Positions 26,516 to 39,726 of a stretch of 64,000 nt of DNA are shown here, piece after piece (within the stretch, counting starts at the first letter, position 1; every line of letters starts with the position of its first letter). Location of the stretch: assembly GCF_009914755.1 (NCBI RefSeq), contig NC_060926.1; one strand, written 5' to 3'. Both the position numbers and the translations under genes were made by a program. The notes beneath the pieces were generated by a model. The model was not told where the DNA came from. It saw only the letters and a program-made list of their open reading frames with translations, and did not search any database. The DNA is from the human T2T-CHM13v2.0 reference genome, Homo sapiens.

Positions 26516-29500
26516 GTATAGCTGGTGTAGTGTTGCTCCTCTGTGTTCCTGAAGGGAACTTCAACAAATAAAGGTCCAGTTTCTAGGACTGTTGAAGGCT
26601 GTATCCTTCCTTCAACTTTTAGAAAAGTTTTTGTTCTAAAGCATTTTTGAGGATGATCCCTGCTGATTGTGAAATTCAAGCTCTTTACATCTTTTTAGTA
26701 AAAACCTCCTGTGTGTTAGACCCAGGGACTTCATACCTAATTAATTTTAAAGATACTTGCCAGTGCTAATGGAAAAAAATAAGTATGTTGCTAATTGGTG
26801 AGTTTATTGATCCATCCTTGGTCCTTTTCACCAACATTCGTACTCAGATTTTATTTTTTACAATATTTTAAGAGGTGGACTCCTTGATCTGTTCCCAAGA
26901 TTCCATGGCTGTTTGTGTCTTGATGTCACTCTGATGCCCTTGCTTGTGAGTGCCTTGCCTCCCGCTCCCAGGAGTCTACAGTCTAGGTAGAGGGATAAGA
27001 TCATCCCCAACTCCTAAATTTTATGGGAGAGGAAAGCAAGCCCCAGGGAGATGTATGTACTCTCCGATCTCAGGATCTGGCCTAGGCAAAAGGGTCAGGA
27101 GAGGTTGAGGTGCTAGGTCACAATGGGAGCCTGGGACTAGCTCTTTACAGAGCAGGCGGGCACCGCCAGGGACATCTGTCTTCAAATGTGGGGTCCAGCT
27201 CTTCCGGTGTGGCATCCTGAGACTAAGGTCTGGGAAGCAGTCATGATCCCTAAAAGACCAGTCCAGACAGAGAAATGAGGGGTTATGCAATGTACTCAGG
27301 GCCTATAATTTACAGCATTTTAGATTCTTACAAGCCACCTGAGAGGTAGATTTTATGACTGGCATCCTACAGATAAGGAAGATGAAGTTAATGGAGGTTA
27401 TAAAATTCACCTAAGATCACACAGCTAGAGAGTGGGCATTCAGACGCCGGCCCACTCACCCCAGTGCCTTTCTGCTTCATCCTATGTCATGCTGCCTCAC
27501 TCCCTTCTGCCTGAGGTCAGGCCTGCATACAGCGATGATGATGCCGGGCCATTGAAAGAGATGAAATGGCCCCAGTTGCAGGAGAGGAGGTGTGCAAAGC
27601 TTAAAATGAGGCAGGACTAATAGGTCAATTGAGGTCACAAAGCAAGAGGAGTTGGCTCAGAAGGAGTCGGGCCCCTGGGTTTTGATTCTCAACCCTCTTG
27701 TATTATGATGCTAACTACTTCTGGAACACTGAGTTTAGGAATGGCTGGAGGGCTCAGCTGCAGTAGAAAGCTCATGTTTGGAGTGCCGTGGGAGGGATTG
27801 GGGAGAGAATGGAGAGAGGCTTGGTGAGGCCAGCCATGAGGAGAGGCAGGCTTTGTTGAAATAGCCAGCTTCCTCATGTACAGCCCAGTGAGGCAGATCA
27901 ACCTGGAACCAAGGCCCACTGCTCCTAGAGGTCAAGGATTAAGACCCTTCCCTGTTTGGGTTCTTCTCCCAGCATAGGCCTGGAAGCGAGTGCTCAGATT
28001 GCAAAGCCAGAAAGTGAGAGAGTTTTCAGGCTGCTGCTGTTCTCTTGTTTCAAAGGACAGAACCTTTGGGTGACCCCAACAGCCAAGCCCCAGGCCATGT
28101 CTGGCTTGCACCAGCTACCCCCAGAGCACAAAGTCTCCTCCCTGCTGCCATTTCTGGGCCTTCACCTCCTAAACATAGCCCTGAGCATTTCTCCAGAACT
28201 TCCTGTTTGCCTGCAGCTGCACAGATGCAGGTCCCACCCAAGGGTCATCCGGAGGAGGCTGGGTGAAAGTTGGGAGTTGGCTGTGTTCTCCATAGCTCCT
28301 TGGGGTTTTCTCCACCCACATGTGGGTCCCCTGGGCTTCGCCACTCCCATCGGGCTCTGAGGCCAGTGGAGCAGAGGCCCCATATCCAAGTCAGCTCACA
28401 TGAAGGTCAAGGTGACCCAAAAGGGCTTGTGGCCAAGATCCTTCATTTTTTTTTTTTTTGATTTTTCACTTTTCCAAACAAGTGATGACTTTAGGACATA
28501 GCGTTCTGGAGAAAACTGGGGAGGGAAACAAAGTCCTCCTTGGTTAGGGAGATGGAGAAAAAGCACACAGGGGGTGAGGCCTTTGGGTTTTCTGAAAGAG
28601 AGTCCCCATGGTCAAAGACCCCTACACGTGCCTTGCAGGTGCTGGGCCTACAGGAACTGTAAACAGAGGGACAGAATGAATATTCCTGGGGTACAGAGAC
28701 TACATCAATGCCAGTGTTGAAAAACTTCCAATATGTGGGTCTGGAAAAAGTTCCCAGTGCAAAGCAGAGTTTTCCGGGCGGCTACCATTCCTTCACAACC
28801 TGTCTAAGAGGGCAGAGGCTGAAGTCACCAGGCGAAGATCTGTCTGCCGTGGCTAGTCTTGGGCTGTTCACCACAGGCCTGTCCTGATGATTAATTAGAT
28901 TGTTTCAGTGTTTAGAGTATTGTGAAGATATAGCACTACATTAGAACATTGCGTTGTATTGGTTTGGGGATAATACTGTCATGCAAATAACATGAAAACA
29001 AGCTTTTTAAGGTGAGGGTTCAGGAGCCCTGTGTAACTCTCTCCTCACTCTATCTCTCTACAATTTGCTTCTGAAGGGACTTCGGTCCATGACAACATAA
29101 GGGAGGAGATAAGCAGGTTGATAAAGTGGCAAACTTCTAAGGAGTCCAGGGAAAGAAGAATTTTGTCTACAAAGTTGTGTCAGATATCACTGTTGGATTT
29201 TGGAGATTTTATCCAACATTCTCTGCTCTTTGATGCCCCAGGGGGCTGGCCCTTATGCTCTGTGTCACCTGGGGTCTCTTGTCTGCTGACTTCTGAATTT
29301 CGCCAATGAGAGCAGCAGCAGGAGATTAGATAAATGATGGAATGTTTCTTCCCTGTGTCTGAGCCTGACAACAGCTGCGATCCTCCTAGTACAGATTTTA
29401 CCAGGAGGTCCATTCACAACCATTCCTTCCCACACACAGTTTTGGCTGTCAATGGGCTCCTGTTGTGCTATTTTGCCCTTTTGCCTTCTCAGTCCTAAGG

Positions 29501-31913
29501 GTCTGAAGACCTCATTGGTAGGCTCTAGGTGTCTCTCCTCTGTAAATAATCCCTTTGACAAAGTCTTCATTTGGACCATCTGCAGGGATCTGTGGCTCCC
29601 TAATCATAACAAGTTTCCTGAGGGAAGTAAATGTTGCACACTCAGCATCACGGTATTCTAGTTTGTTCCTGACTGTTGACTTTGTCCTATGGGAGAGGTC
29701 ATCTTTGTGCAAATTGGCAATCCACAAGAAGTGAGCTGTGCACAAGAGCATTTGAAGACTCATGACACACAGTCATAGCAGGAAGTGGCAAGGCAGCAAG
29801 CTGTGAAGAGGCTTAAGGGGAAGATGGGGACCAGAGGCTGAGAAAAGATACAGATCATCCAGAGAGCAATTGTAATAGACACCGAGGTGAGCTGCTCAGA
29901 TTGTGGGTGTGTGGTCCACCAAGGAACCTCCAGCTGATGCTCCCTTCTGAGTCTGCCTCAGCAGGGAAATGCCATGTCTTACTGGCGCAGCCCAGCCAGG
30001 GGGGGTATAAATGGTATAAAGGCCTGGCTATACTGCCTGATGGTTTGTGCAGCTCCTTCTTCTGTACGACCCTGCAGCCTCCCTCTTCAAGTACTGACCT
30101 CTAATAAACATCTTGCATTCAAGCTCCATCTCCACTCCCTGAGAACCCAACCTATGAGGCTAAGTTTAAAAGAATTTACAGCAAGAGCAGCAAAAGCACA
30201 TTAAAATAATTAAACAATTTTTACTTTTTGGATTTATTTTCTAGATTTCATGTGTTGCAAAGTGTGTTTATATTTTATACAGAGGCAGAGGAAGTCCCAG
30301 GAGGCATGAGAGCAGGGTGAGAGCCATGGCTGATGAGTTCTTTCAGAGATTTGAAGGAGGGAATCCAGATCAGATATGTGTGCAAACTTCTAAGAAGTTA
30401 GAGCTTCGTTCAGTGACACTACGGACACATATAGGATTATTTGAGACTAATCTGAGTTTGGTTAGAGAAGCAAAGACAAACAAAAGTCACATTTAGGAGG
30501 TAAAATATACACAACCATGGAGGATGAGGGTTATGAAGCATTTTCCCTATCCCTATCCTCCATTTAACAAAAAGGGAAACTGACAATGGAAAACTTTGAA
30601 GTATCTGTGTGCCTGATGGTAAGGAGAGATGTTTTTCACATGAACTTGAAAACAGCTCTGAATCAGCATGCTCATTCTTAGGGTTATGGAAGAGTGAGGA
30701 CTTGAAATATTTTACCCCAACAAGTGAAATAACTTATCTGAAAAATGAACATGCTTTTTTTTATTGCATTTCTAGATTCTGACCCACAGGAACACCCCTT
30801 GCCACCCCTTATAGGACCAACATCCTGGTACCCACACATTTGCATGAGGCTCAGACTTAATAGTGTCCTCTTCCCATGTCTCACACCCCTGACTGCTGGA
30901 AACTTCGTGTCTAACCTCATGCCCCCTCATTCCTTCCTGCTTATACCCTTTCCTGGTTACTTCCCCAGAAACCACGTGGGTGGTTGGTTCTTGAGTTTAA
31001 ATATGAGTCTCATTTCTACCCTGGAGCTACCTCTGAGGCAACAGGAAACAAGAAAAATACGATCCACCTCTGAGTGGGTGAATGTCATATCCTTGACCAG
31101 AGACATCATAAATTGTGTTACAACTCAGGGACAAGGTAAAGTGAGGGCTTAGGAATTTCCTAAATGAGCAGAACCAGCTCTATCCCTAAAGTCAGTTCTC
31201 TCTCTCTCTCTCTGTCAAATGATCAATACTCAGATTGAGACAATTCCTACTTCTAGGCACACTGGACTAAGGCTTATGGCATGCTACGAGGCAATATCCC
31301 ACTCTTGTCTTGCCCACCTCAAGCCCAACATAGCTACCAAAATAACCTAAAGAAATCTAAACTCTCATCACTTCCACTGTTACCAATAGGATCCTTTACA
31401 AAGAACATGTTGGTCTCTGTTCAGAAGGTGTTCCCATCTCTTAGCCTGCTAATACTGCCCATATGATCAATGAATTAAGAGCTTCTAAGAGCTCCTCCAG
31501 GTGATCTCTATCTCCGGGCCAAGTCTTTAGATTTAGTTTAGCTTTCAACACCTCTATGCTATAAGCTCTGACGAAAACAGCTTGCATCCTTTGGTTTAAG
31601 CTCTAACAAAAACAGCTTGAATCCTTTGGTTAATGCTAATGAATGCATTTCTCCCTTTTTTATCTCTTCTCCCTTTCCATGTTGAGGAGAGAGACAGCAC
31701 ACTGGGATGAAGACAAATACGGCAATAGTGTGTGGCCAGAGTAGGACCACCTCCCACGGTGGTGGGAGGGAATTGGAGGACAAATTACTTTTGATATTTT
31801 CCAAGTCACATTTAATGGTTTCATACTGGCCAATTCTTCCCCAAACCCACCTAGCTCAGGAACTCAAGTCTTTCCAACCAAAAGATCAAAGTAAACATTT
31901 CTGCTTTCAAAGT

Positions 31914-31919
31914 TTTATT
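31914..31919 (-). terminator. TNP1: TNP1 polyadenylation signal AATAAA
   Basis: tttatt on + strand, ~190 nt past the stop codon, followed on the minus strand by U/GU-rich sequence (ATGTTTACTTTGATCTTTTGGTTGG). Confidence 0.92.
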
Positions 31920-32106
31920 GAGATGTTGGGGAAAAACAGCCAACATATACATTCCTCATTTCGTCACAACTGGCATTTGATCCACATTCCATAGGCTCCT
32001 CTCTGGCTTTGATCTAACATCAGGTCTCCTTGGCAGTTCCCCTTCTGCTGTTCTTGTTGCTGCTTGGTGCTGTGTGAAGCGCACCAGGGCAGAGCCCGCT
32101 GGGGGC

Positions 32107-32135
32107 TCACAAGTGGGAGCGGTAATTGCGATTGG
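32107..32135 (-). CDS. TNP1: TNP1 coding exon 2 (A-NRNYRSHL-stop); full CDS 168 nt, 55 aa
   Basis: Acceptor cctttcccacAG| at 32137-32136. A phase-1 join gives GCC (Ala), then NRNYRSHL and TGA at 32109-32107. Intron 32136-32335 is 200 nt. Confidence 0.99.
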
Positions 32136-32335
32136 CTGTGGGAAAGGACAGGTTTGCAACAGAGACACGAATTAGAACATTCCCATCAAGACTCTTGTTG
32201 CTCAAATCTGCATTTAGTTATTGGAAATAATCTCAGGCCAAGATTTCAGGGTCCTGTGAGAGCTGCCTCCAAGAGGGAGGGCCTGGCAGCAATGTGTGCC
32301 TAAGTTTGGCAATCTCCTCCCCATCCCTCACTCAC

Positions 32336-32474
32336 CGTCATCGCCCCGTTTCCTACTTTTCAGGTTGCCCTTACGGTATTTTCTTTTGCTGCCACCTCTC
32401 TTGACTCCCTTGTGAGGAGATCGGCTCTTGCTCCTCCTCATGCCATGACTCTTTAATTTGCGGCTGGTCGACAT
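32336..32474 (-). CDS. TNP1: Spermatid nuclear transition protein 1, coding exon 1 (MSTSRKLKSHGMRRSKSRSPHKGVKRGGSKRKYRKGNLKSRKRGDD + 1 nt)
   Basis: ATG at 32474-32472 in context cttaccATG. The 139 nt run to a G|GTGAGT donor (GT at 32335-32334). Translation matches human TNP1 as recalled. Confidence 0.99.
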
Positions 32475-32529
32475 GGTAAGTTCTGCCAAAATGAGGGGCT
32501 TTGCAAGGCCCGGGGGCCAGGAGTCTGGG

Positions 32530-32610
32530 TATTTAAGGCCTTGGCCATTGTGACAGGGAAGGGGCATGGCTCAGCAGGTGGGCGGGGCTCTACTGTGCTG
32601 TCACTCACCT
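32530..32610 (-). promoter_or_regulatory. TNP1: TNP1 proximal promoter: TATA-like box, SOX/TGACA composite, GC box, variant CRE
   Basis: TTAAATA (minus) at 32530-32536, ~56 nt upstream of the ATG. TGTCACAATGGC at 32544-32555, GGGCGG at 32580-32585, CRE-like TGACAGCA (minus) at 32596-32603. CREM-tau dependence of Tnp1 is established; assigning it to this exact site is inference. Confidence 0.75.
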
Positions 32611-32959
32611 TTGCTGCACTTTGGTCACATTTGTGAAATAAGGTGGTCCTTTTCGTGCAGCTCAAGGGCTGCCCTCAGTTTTGAGGTCCTTTTTATGTTA
32701 AGTGAGGCTTTCCCAGAGAGGTGTTATTGAGAAACTGAATCCCAGCCCTGTGCCAGGCATCGGATGAGTACAAGAGACCATTCAGATATGCTTCTCCTGC
32801 CTGTAGGAAATGTAACAGTCATTGAGTGTGTGTGTATGCATGACTGTTTAAGTCTCTCACAGCATCCGGAGATAATAAATTTATTTCTGTAAGGACTTGA
32901 CTCTACAGAACCCAATTCAATATGATCAAAATAGAAATATTCCTTCTTTTTCATCTAGG

Positions 32960-33183
32960 TCAGGATTTCTCAGTCTTGGCACTGTTGACACAATGGGCAG
33001 GGTAACTTTCAGTGGGCTGTCTTGTGCACCCTAGGATGTTTGGCAACATCCCTGGCCATTACCCACTGGACACCAGAGAAGCCTGGCAGCTATGACAACC
33101 CAAAATATTCCCAAACATTGCCACCTGTTTCTTTGGGAGGCTGGGGAAGTGAGGGAAAAAATGGCTCTGGTTCAGAACAATTA
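32960..33183. mobile_element. MER20 DNA transposon ~450 bp upstream of the TNP1 TSS
   Basis: 'tttctcagtcttggcactgttgaca...ggctgtcttgtgcaccctaggatgtttggcaacatccctggcc...acccactgga...gacaacccaaaatattcccaaacattgcca'. Confidence 0.82.
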
Positions 33184-33279
33184 ACCTAATGATTTTTTAA
33201 AATTCAGTCACAGATATTGATCACATAGCATATGCCATACATTTAGGTGGTAGAAAATTAGTGGAGGATAAACACACGT

Positions 33280-33880
33280 AGATACTGTGCTCATGGAACT
33301 CTCAGCCCACTGGGGAGAAAGCCATTCATCAGATGTCTACATAAATCAGTGAGTAAGTACTTACGGAGTCATTTTGGCTGGAGAAGGGCAGAGGGAAACT
33401 CCCTACATGGTACAGGATGAGGCTGGAGGGAGAGACAGAGATCAAACCATGATCAAGTACATTGGGAAGCCTTTAAAAATGTTAAGAGGATGGCATGTGA
33501 GATTAGAGGGTGCCAAGTGGGTGATGTATTGACTGGAGGAGCTGTGTAAAGGGAGATGCTACTGTCAACATCAATGGTTCAGCAGAGAGAAAGATTTGAT
33601 GATGGTTTAGGTCTGGCCAGGAAAGGTGTTGATTGAGATCTAAAGTAGACAAGAGACCAAGGCTTGGTGACGGATTGAATTTGGGAGGTGAAAGCAGATG
33701 GTGTCAAGGGTGTGGCTTTTGTTTCTGTATAATGCAGTTATCTGGATGCTGGTGCCATTCATGGGGATAAAGGCCAGACATGGGGAGAGTGATGATCATG
33801 TACTTGGTATAAGACATACCAGCTTTGAAGTGCCTTTGACACTTACAAATAGATATATTGAATGATTATTGGTGTATAAG
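33280..33880. mobile_element. L2 LINE fragments (highly degenerate)
   Basis: 'ctcatggaactctcagcccactgggg', 'ggatgctggtgccattcatgggg', 'tttgaagtgcctttgacac' resemble L2. Confidence 0.5.
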
Positions 33881-33942
33881 TCATCCAGCCTTTCCTTTTT
33901 CCTCCATTACACCTCATAGTAAATGCTTTGCTTTTGAAAATG

Positions 33943-34243
<301 letters not shown>

Positions 34244-37200
34244 TCATTCGGATTTCTATAGAACTTGTTTGCTATTTCTTCCATTTGTCTCTCCTCTCTC
34301 CATTGTCATTACCCTCATTCAAGAACTGAGCATCTTGTATGCAGGAGATCCTTAGCAAAAGTTGGTTGAATAGAAGAGCGAAAGTAGTTCAAGTCCCACT
34401 CCCTGGTTTTCTGATATCTATAGATGGCAAATTGAGTTTTGAAACCCAGATTCCTTGTATAGCCACCATATGTGACACTTTCCATTTTCCTGCTTCTGGG
34501 CAGGTCTCTCTGGAGACCTTCTATTGGTGACTTGTTGGTGACTTTTATTCACATGAAGAAGTTCTATAAAACAGGCTGCTGGCTTGCTTGTTGGTAGTCC
34601 AGACCTTCTGCGTCCACTCAAGGCTGGTTGTTTCTCCTACAAACATGCCCCCATGAAAGCAGGGACCTCTGTGAAAGCAGGAATTGAGAAATTGGGCTCA
34701 CTACTGAATATTCCCTGGGAGTTCATCAGTCCTGCCACAGAATAGAAGCTCAGTAAGTATTTGTGAAATACATTTGGTCAATGAATAAAAAGTCCTTCTT
34801 TTATTTTTCTAACTATCCTGTTCCTTCCCATTTTGCCCCACATCTCTAAGGAAGACTTCCCAACTTATCAAATTTTCACTGTCCTTTGAAACTTCTTCAA
34901 AGTTTATTGTCTGTATAATATTGGCTTTAAAGTCTAGACAACCAACCCTAATTGTGTGAAATCATGTTTTATGCCTGCATTGCCAGCCATGTGTGTTAGA
35001 CTGGTTTCAACAGGAGGTGGTGTGTCTTCATTCTGGTCCTGACTGGACTTCTCTGGTCGTTAGCTCCCTTATTCTAAAAATAAGCAGATTGGGCTAGGTG
35101 ATCTCTGAAATGATCTGACTTTGGCGATAGCCTCCTTCTCGTTAGGGACTGTACCTTTTATTTCTACTGCATTTTCCGCAGGTACTAGCATGGCCCACAC
35201 TAGGTGGTCAGTAAATATTTGTTCAGTCTAGCTGCTTTGGTATATTATGAGGACAGACAGTTCAACACAATCACAGTGACTTTGCATAAGTGGGGCCATT
35301 TCAAGGCAGGGAAGAGAGAAGACATTGTCCTCACAACAGGTCCTCTGGTGCTCTGTGTCCACCTCTCATGCCTGAAACCATTGGCTAAAATGTTTACAGA
35401 GGAACTGGCCTCTTTGGTTTGAGAGACATTTTTCTGGATGGTCCTGAAGGCTGGATACTATTTCTCTCCCCAATCCCTCCCACCCCCAAAAGATCTGCTC
35501 TGCCAAGGAGAAGCTGAGATCACAGGGAAGAAGGCAGCCAGACTCGGGAACTGATGAAGAAACAAACAAAAAAGTCCCCTTTGCCTAGAGTTGAGGAGCA
35601 GTTCTGGTTCCAGACACCCATGCTGAGAAACTTAAGCAGCAGAAAACCCAGTGGGGGACGGGGAAGGCGATTCACAGGCCACTCAAGAGTGGGGTGTGGG
35701 GGGTGTTTGGGTTGGCTCCTGTATCGGACCTCCTGGAGTGAGGATGGAGCAGGGCTGAGCGTTGGTCTCTGCTGCCTGTCTCTGTTTCTCTTCCCATTTC
35801 TGCCCCAGTGTTGCTCAAGCTAGCAGCAATTTAGATAGAGCCTAGTGAGCTACTTCTAACCTTTAGCAGGTCCAGGATGAGGCCCTTCCTTGAGAATCAT
35901 CTGTTAATCCAGTCTGCTCCCTGTCTCACCATTTTGTTTTTTTCTGCTATCTTTGCACAGAGAGGACATATGAGTGACTTCAAATAACTCAGCATAGGAC
36001 TAACAGGGACAGCCCCATAAACCTGTTTCCTTTACACCTTAGCTTCCCTGGTGGGACTCAGCTTTTTTTTCCCTTAATGAAAGGAAACGACTATGTTCTG
36101 AACATTTTTGGCACAGAAAGAGAGAGAGCTAAATTCCTGGCCTTTTGAGAAGAGACACTATCAGCCTTTTCTTTTCTTGGGGCTCAGTGAGTTCTTGCCT
36201 GGAGAAAGGTAAATGGACAGGATGGTGTCTGTATCTCCTAGACGGGTAGCTAGGGTTACAGTGCAGGAAAGGGCTTGGAGGCCAGTGCTCTCACTGGTCC
36301 CTTTCCTAGGCTAGGAGGGGTAGCCTTAGGGTGTCACTGTTTTGGAAGTCAGATCTCTAGTTAGATTCCATGTCACTTCTCCAATTCAAACTCACTCCAT
36401 TAATTTTCCCGGGGAGTCCAGTGGATGCCTTCACAGGGCCGGATCTTCCCAGCAGGCTGAGACTTGGGGCTTATGAAGAGGGAACATGGAAAAGTTGCTG
36501 ACAGTCCTTATACCTGTCGATGACTCAGTCTGAATCCCTCTCTGAAATCTAAGTCTCTCCAGATGCTGACCTCGGCTGGGAAGTGGGGACCTTTTACCCA
36601 GTTCACATGCACACCCTGTCTTCTCTACTGTTGTTATTGCTGCTGTTCAAACAGGCCAAAGGGGCTTGGGGACAGGCTGGAGGAGGGGAAAGTGGCTGAG
36701 AGAGGTGCCTCACCAAGGGGCAGAGCTCTCTGAACTCAGAACACATTCACTGTCTTCAGTAGGGAATAAGAAGAGGCCAGAGACCAAGGCCAAGGGGTGG
36801 TTTGCAGAGCAAAAGGGAGGAAGGATCTTACCTCCGTTCGTCTTTTTTCATCCAGTTCTGGAGGTACAGGGAGCATCCTGGTTCTGAGAATGGCCTGGAG
36901 TCTGCCTGAAGATTTGGTGGTGTTCTTTCCCATTTTTCCGTCAGGCTTCTCTCCTATTCTTTCTGCTGCATTCTCAAATTGTTTTTCAGTAAACAGTTTC
37001 TGTTTTTTTCAGGGGGAGAGAGATTGGGGTGCTTAAAGTGGGAGATTTATCACAAGAGCAGTGGTCATGGGAGGCTCTTAAGGTGTACCTTGTCCTGCTC
37101 CTTTGGGAGCCAAGAGGCTTATCTCGGGAGCCACACCTGGGCAGTGGAAGAGCCAGGATAGCGACAAGTTTGCCGACCCCAGGCCAAGGACTGCCTGCTG

Positions 37201-39152
37201 CACCACAGTGCCTTCCCTACTCAACTTAAAAACAAACCTGTCCTTGAGTCTCCACTCTATTAGCCTTTTCTTTCATGCATGCCTGCTATGATCACAGTGA
37301 AGGAACCTAATATTAAAGAGGGAGAACTGGAAAAAAGTAGTCCTTAGAGGCAGGGCATGAATTTGGAGGACCTCTGGACAACTTTCAAGTTCTCATTCTG
37401 AGAGCACTCAAACTTTTCGTTTGCTTTTAATTATTTTTGGACTTCTGAAAATTGACTATTTCTGTTCCTTTTGTCTTTCCAAGTCTCACTAACAATAAAA
37501 CTACATGGTATAATGGTGCATAAAGAAAATTCAAATTGTGTGCTTCAGAGGGTTCTAAATAAAGTTTTCACATTGACCACTAGCCACTTTTCTGCCTTCC
37601 TTTATCCCCATCTATAACATAGTAACAAAAAAGATGTCCTTTTCCAGAATACACTGGAAATATAGTTCCATTCAGCTGTTAAGATAAAAGTAGGGCTGCA
37701 TCCCAGGGTGTTAGAAAAGGGTGTTATGGTACAAAAATATCACACATATTAAAATCATTTGGCCTCATGTGGTCAAGAATAATATGTTTTAATCCATCCA
37801 CCAACGGGAGTAAGGAACTTTGAGTTGGAGCATTGCTAGAGAACAATTTTATAATAAATAGGCCTTGAGATGAAGGGTAACAGACAAAGTCACAAATCAT
37901 AGGCAAAGTGAGATCTCAAACCTAGATCTCTTAATCTCCAGTCCAGGCTTCATGCCACTATACAATGATGCACCACAATTATAATTTCTGGCCTCTTGTT
38001 ATTTTCTGTGCATTTGGTCTGCTTTTCTTTTTTCCTCTTGTGTGCTAAGAGCCATGTGCAGGGGCCTTGGCCCTCTTAAAATCATCCCACCTGCCAAGGG
38101 CCATCAGTTCACTGAGTTTTAGGGCACCTGACCCTTTGAAAGGGGGGAAAGAGTTGCCATCAAGGGTGGAAAAGGACCACAGAGACAGGTTGAGGTTGCC
38201 ACACGTGAAGGTCAATGGCTTCATAATTGATGATTTCATAGCATTGTGACCATCAGGCTGGTAGAGTGCATTGCATACAGGAGATCTGACTAACTCTACT
38301 GACCAAGGCTGGGCCAAGAGAGAGCATCACAATCAGCCCTGCCTCTTTGACTTGGCTTGCCAAGCCTCTACTTCCTAGTCTTAGTGGCGATTGAGGGAGA
38401 AGAACAGGCAGATTCAAAACATAATTTTACTACATGTCCTGAAACTCTTGAGAGACAGAGCTGGCAATGAAGGCTTGCTTGACAGTGTCGCTGTCAGTTT
38501 TCCGCATTGTTCTTTGGGGCAGAATACTCATATTTGGGGATCTCAAAAAGTAGATTTAGTTGTATTTATACTAAATAAAAAGAAAAAAGTAGATCTTTTG
38601 CTGCTTTTTCTAATTCTAAAGTTCTGTGGTCCAAAGCACAAAGGTTTAGTAACACTTCCTTCTTCATTACATTCTTGTTCTGGGGGAGCAGATGGGACTT
38701 GCCTGGAGAAATGTTCAAAGCAAAGCCTTTGTTTTTAGTAAGGACCAAAGAAAGACCCAGATGCTTTTGAGTGTGGTAGTAATCAGATTTTAATGAGCAA
38801 GAAATTCCAGATACTGTGTAGCCTTATTATTATTATTATTTTGGTGGGGAGGAAATGTGGTAGGTCATACCATGGAGATGTTCTGGGGTTCTAGTAAGAA
38901 CCGTGTCACCATGCAGAAATATTTGTTTTCTAAGACTACTGCAACAGTGAAAGTGCACTTTCTTCATGCTGCAAGAGAGGAAAGACAAAACTGAGGTTTA
39001 AAAGTCCCTGGTTAGAGCAGGAGAGCCTCAGGAAGTTCTTCAGATGGGCACACAAGGCTAACGTGACATTTTCCAAATTTTCCCTTATGATTTTGTTACC
39101 TCTTTAGCTCTGGTTTGGCCTAGCTTACTTGCTACTTCCTGTGACATCTGCT

Positions 39153-39519
39153 TTCTTGTGGGTGTGACTAGCTGGGGCTGGTGTTGTGGGCAGTAAAGGA
39201 ATTTACCAAGACAATCATAGGTAAAGAAAGGCAGATTTATTAGACAAAGTATGAAGGTATGTTGCAAGAAAGCAATGGGCAGCACAGCAGAGAAGGGGCT
39301 GTCTGCAAAGAGGCAGGGGCTAGAGGGGAGTTTTATAGGATTTATGTGCAGAATGAGGTTGTGCTGCTGGGTCTCTCTGGGGAAGGAGGTCATTATGCCC
39401 ACAGGTTTTTTGTGTTTAGCCATTTCTCAGAACAATTGTTTACTGTTCTCCTCCAACTTGGGGCCGGCCCTCCCCCCATCTTGCGCCCTTTCCTTGTTGT
39501 TGCTTATTAGGACTCCACA
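39153..39519 (-). mobile_element. ERV1 solo LTR (MER83/MER84-like)
   Basis: Minus strand begins TGTGGAGTCCTAATAAG; AATAAA on minus near 39236-39241; probable TSD TGCT. Confidence 0.65.
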
Positions 39520-39548
39520 TGCTCCAGATAAAAAAAATTATGTCTCCC

Positions 39549-39726
39549 CAGAACCAGCTACATAATTTGTGAAGTCCAATGCAAAATGAATATGCTAGCC
39601 TCTTGCTAAAAAATTATTAAGAATTTCAAGATGGTGACAGAAGAGCATAAATCTGGAATCAGTGTGGGTAAGTGGGCACAAGACCGTTTGTGATGCACAG
39701 GTCCCGTGACTATGAAGCCCACTCTG
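39549..39726. mobile_element. MER45A-like hAT-Tip100 element
   Basis: 'ccagctacataatttgtgaagtccaatgcaaaatgaa...aaaaattattaagaatttcaagatggtgacag...tgcacaggtc...atgaagccc'. Confidence 0.7.

Noticed and set aside
32328-32567. 79-aa ORF suggesting an N-terminally extended TNP1 ending in ...GDDGE
   Set aside because: The upstream ATG lies 5' of the TATA box, in the promoter, and the C-terminus reads into the intron. The real CDS starts at 32474 and splices at 32336.
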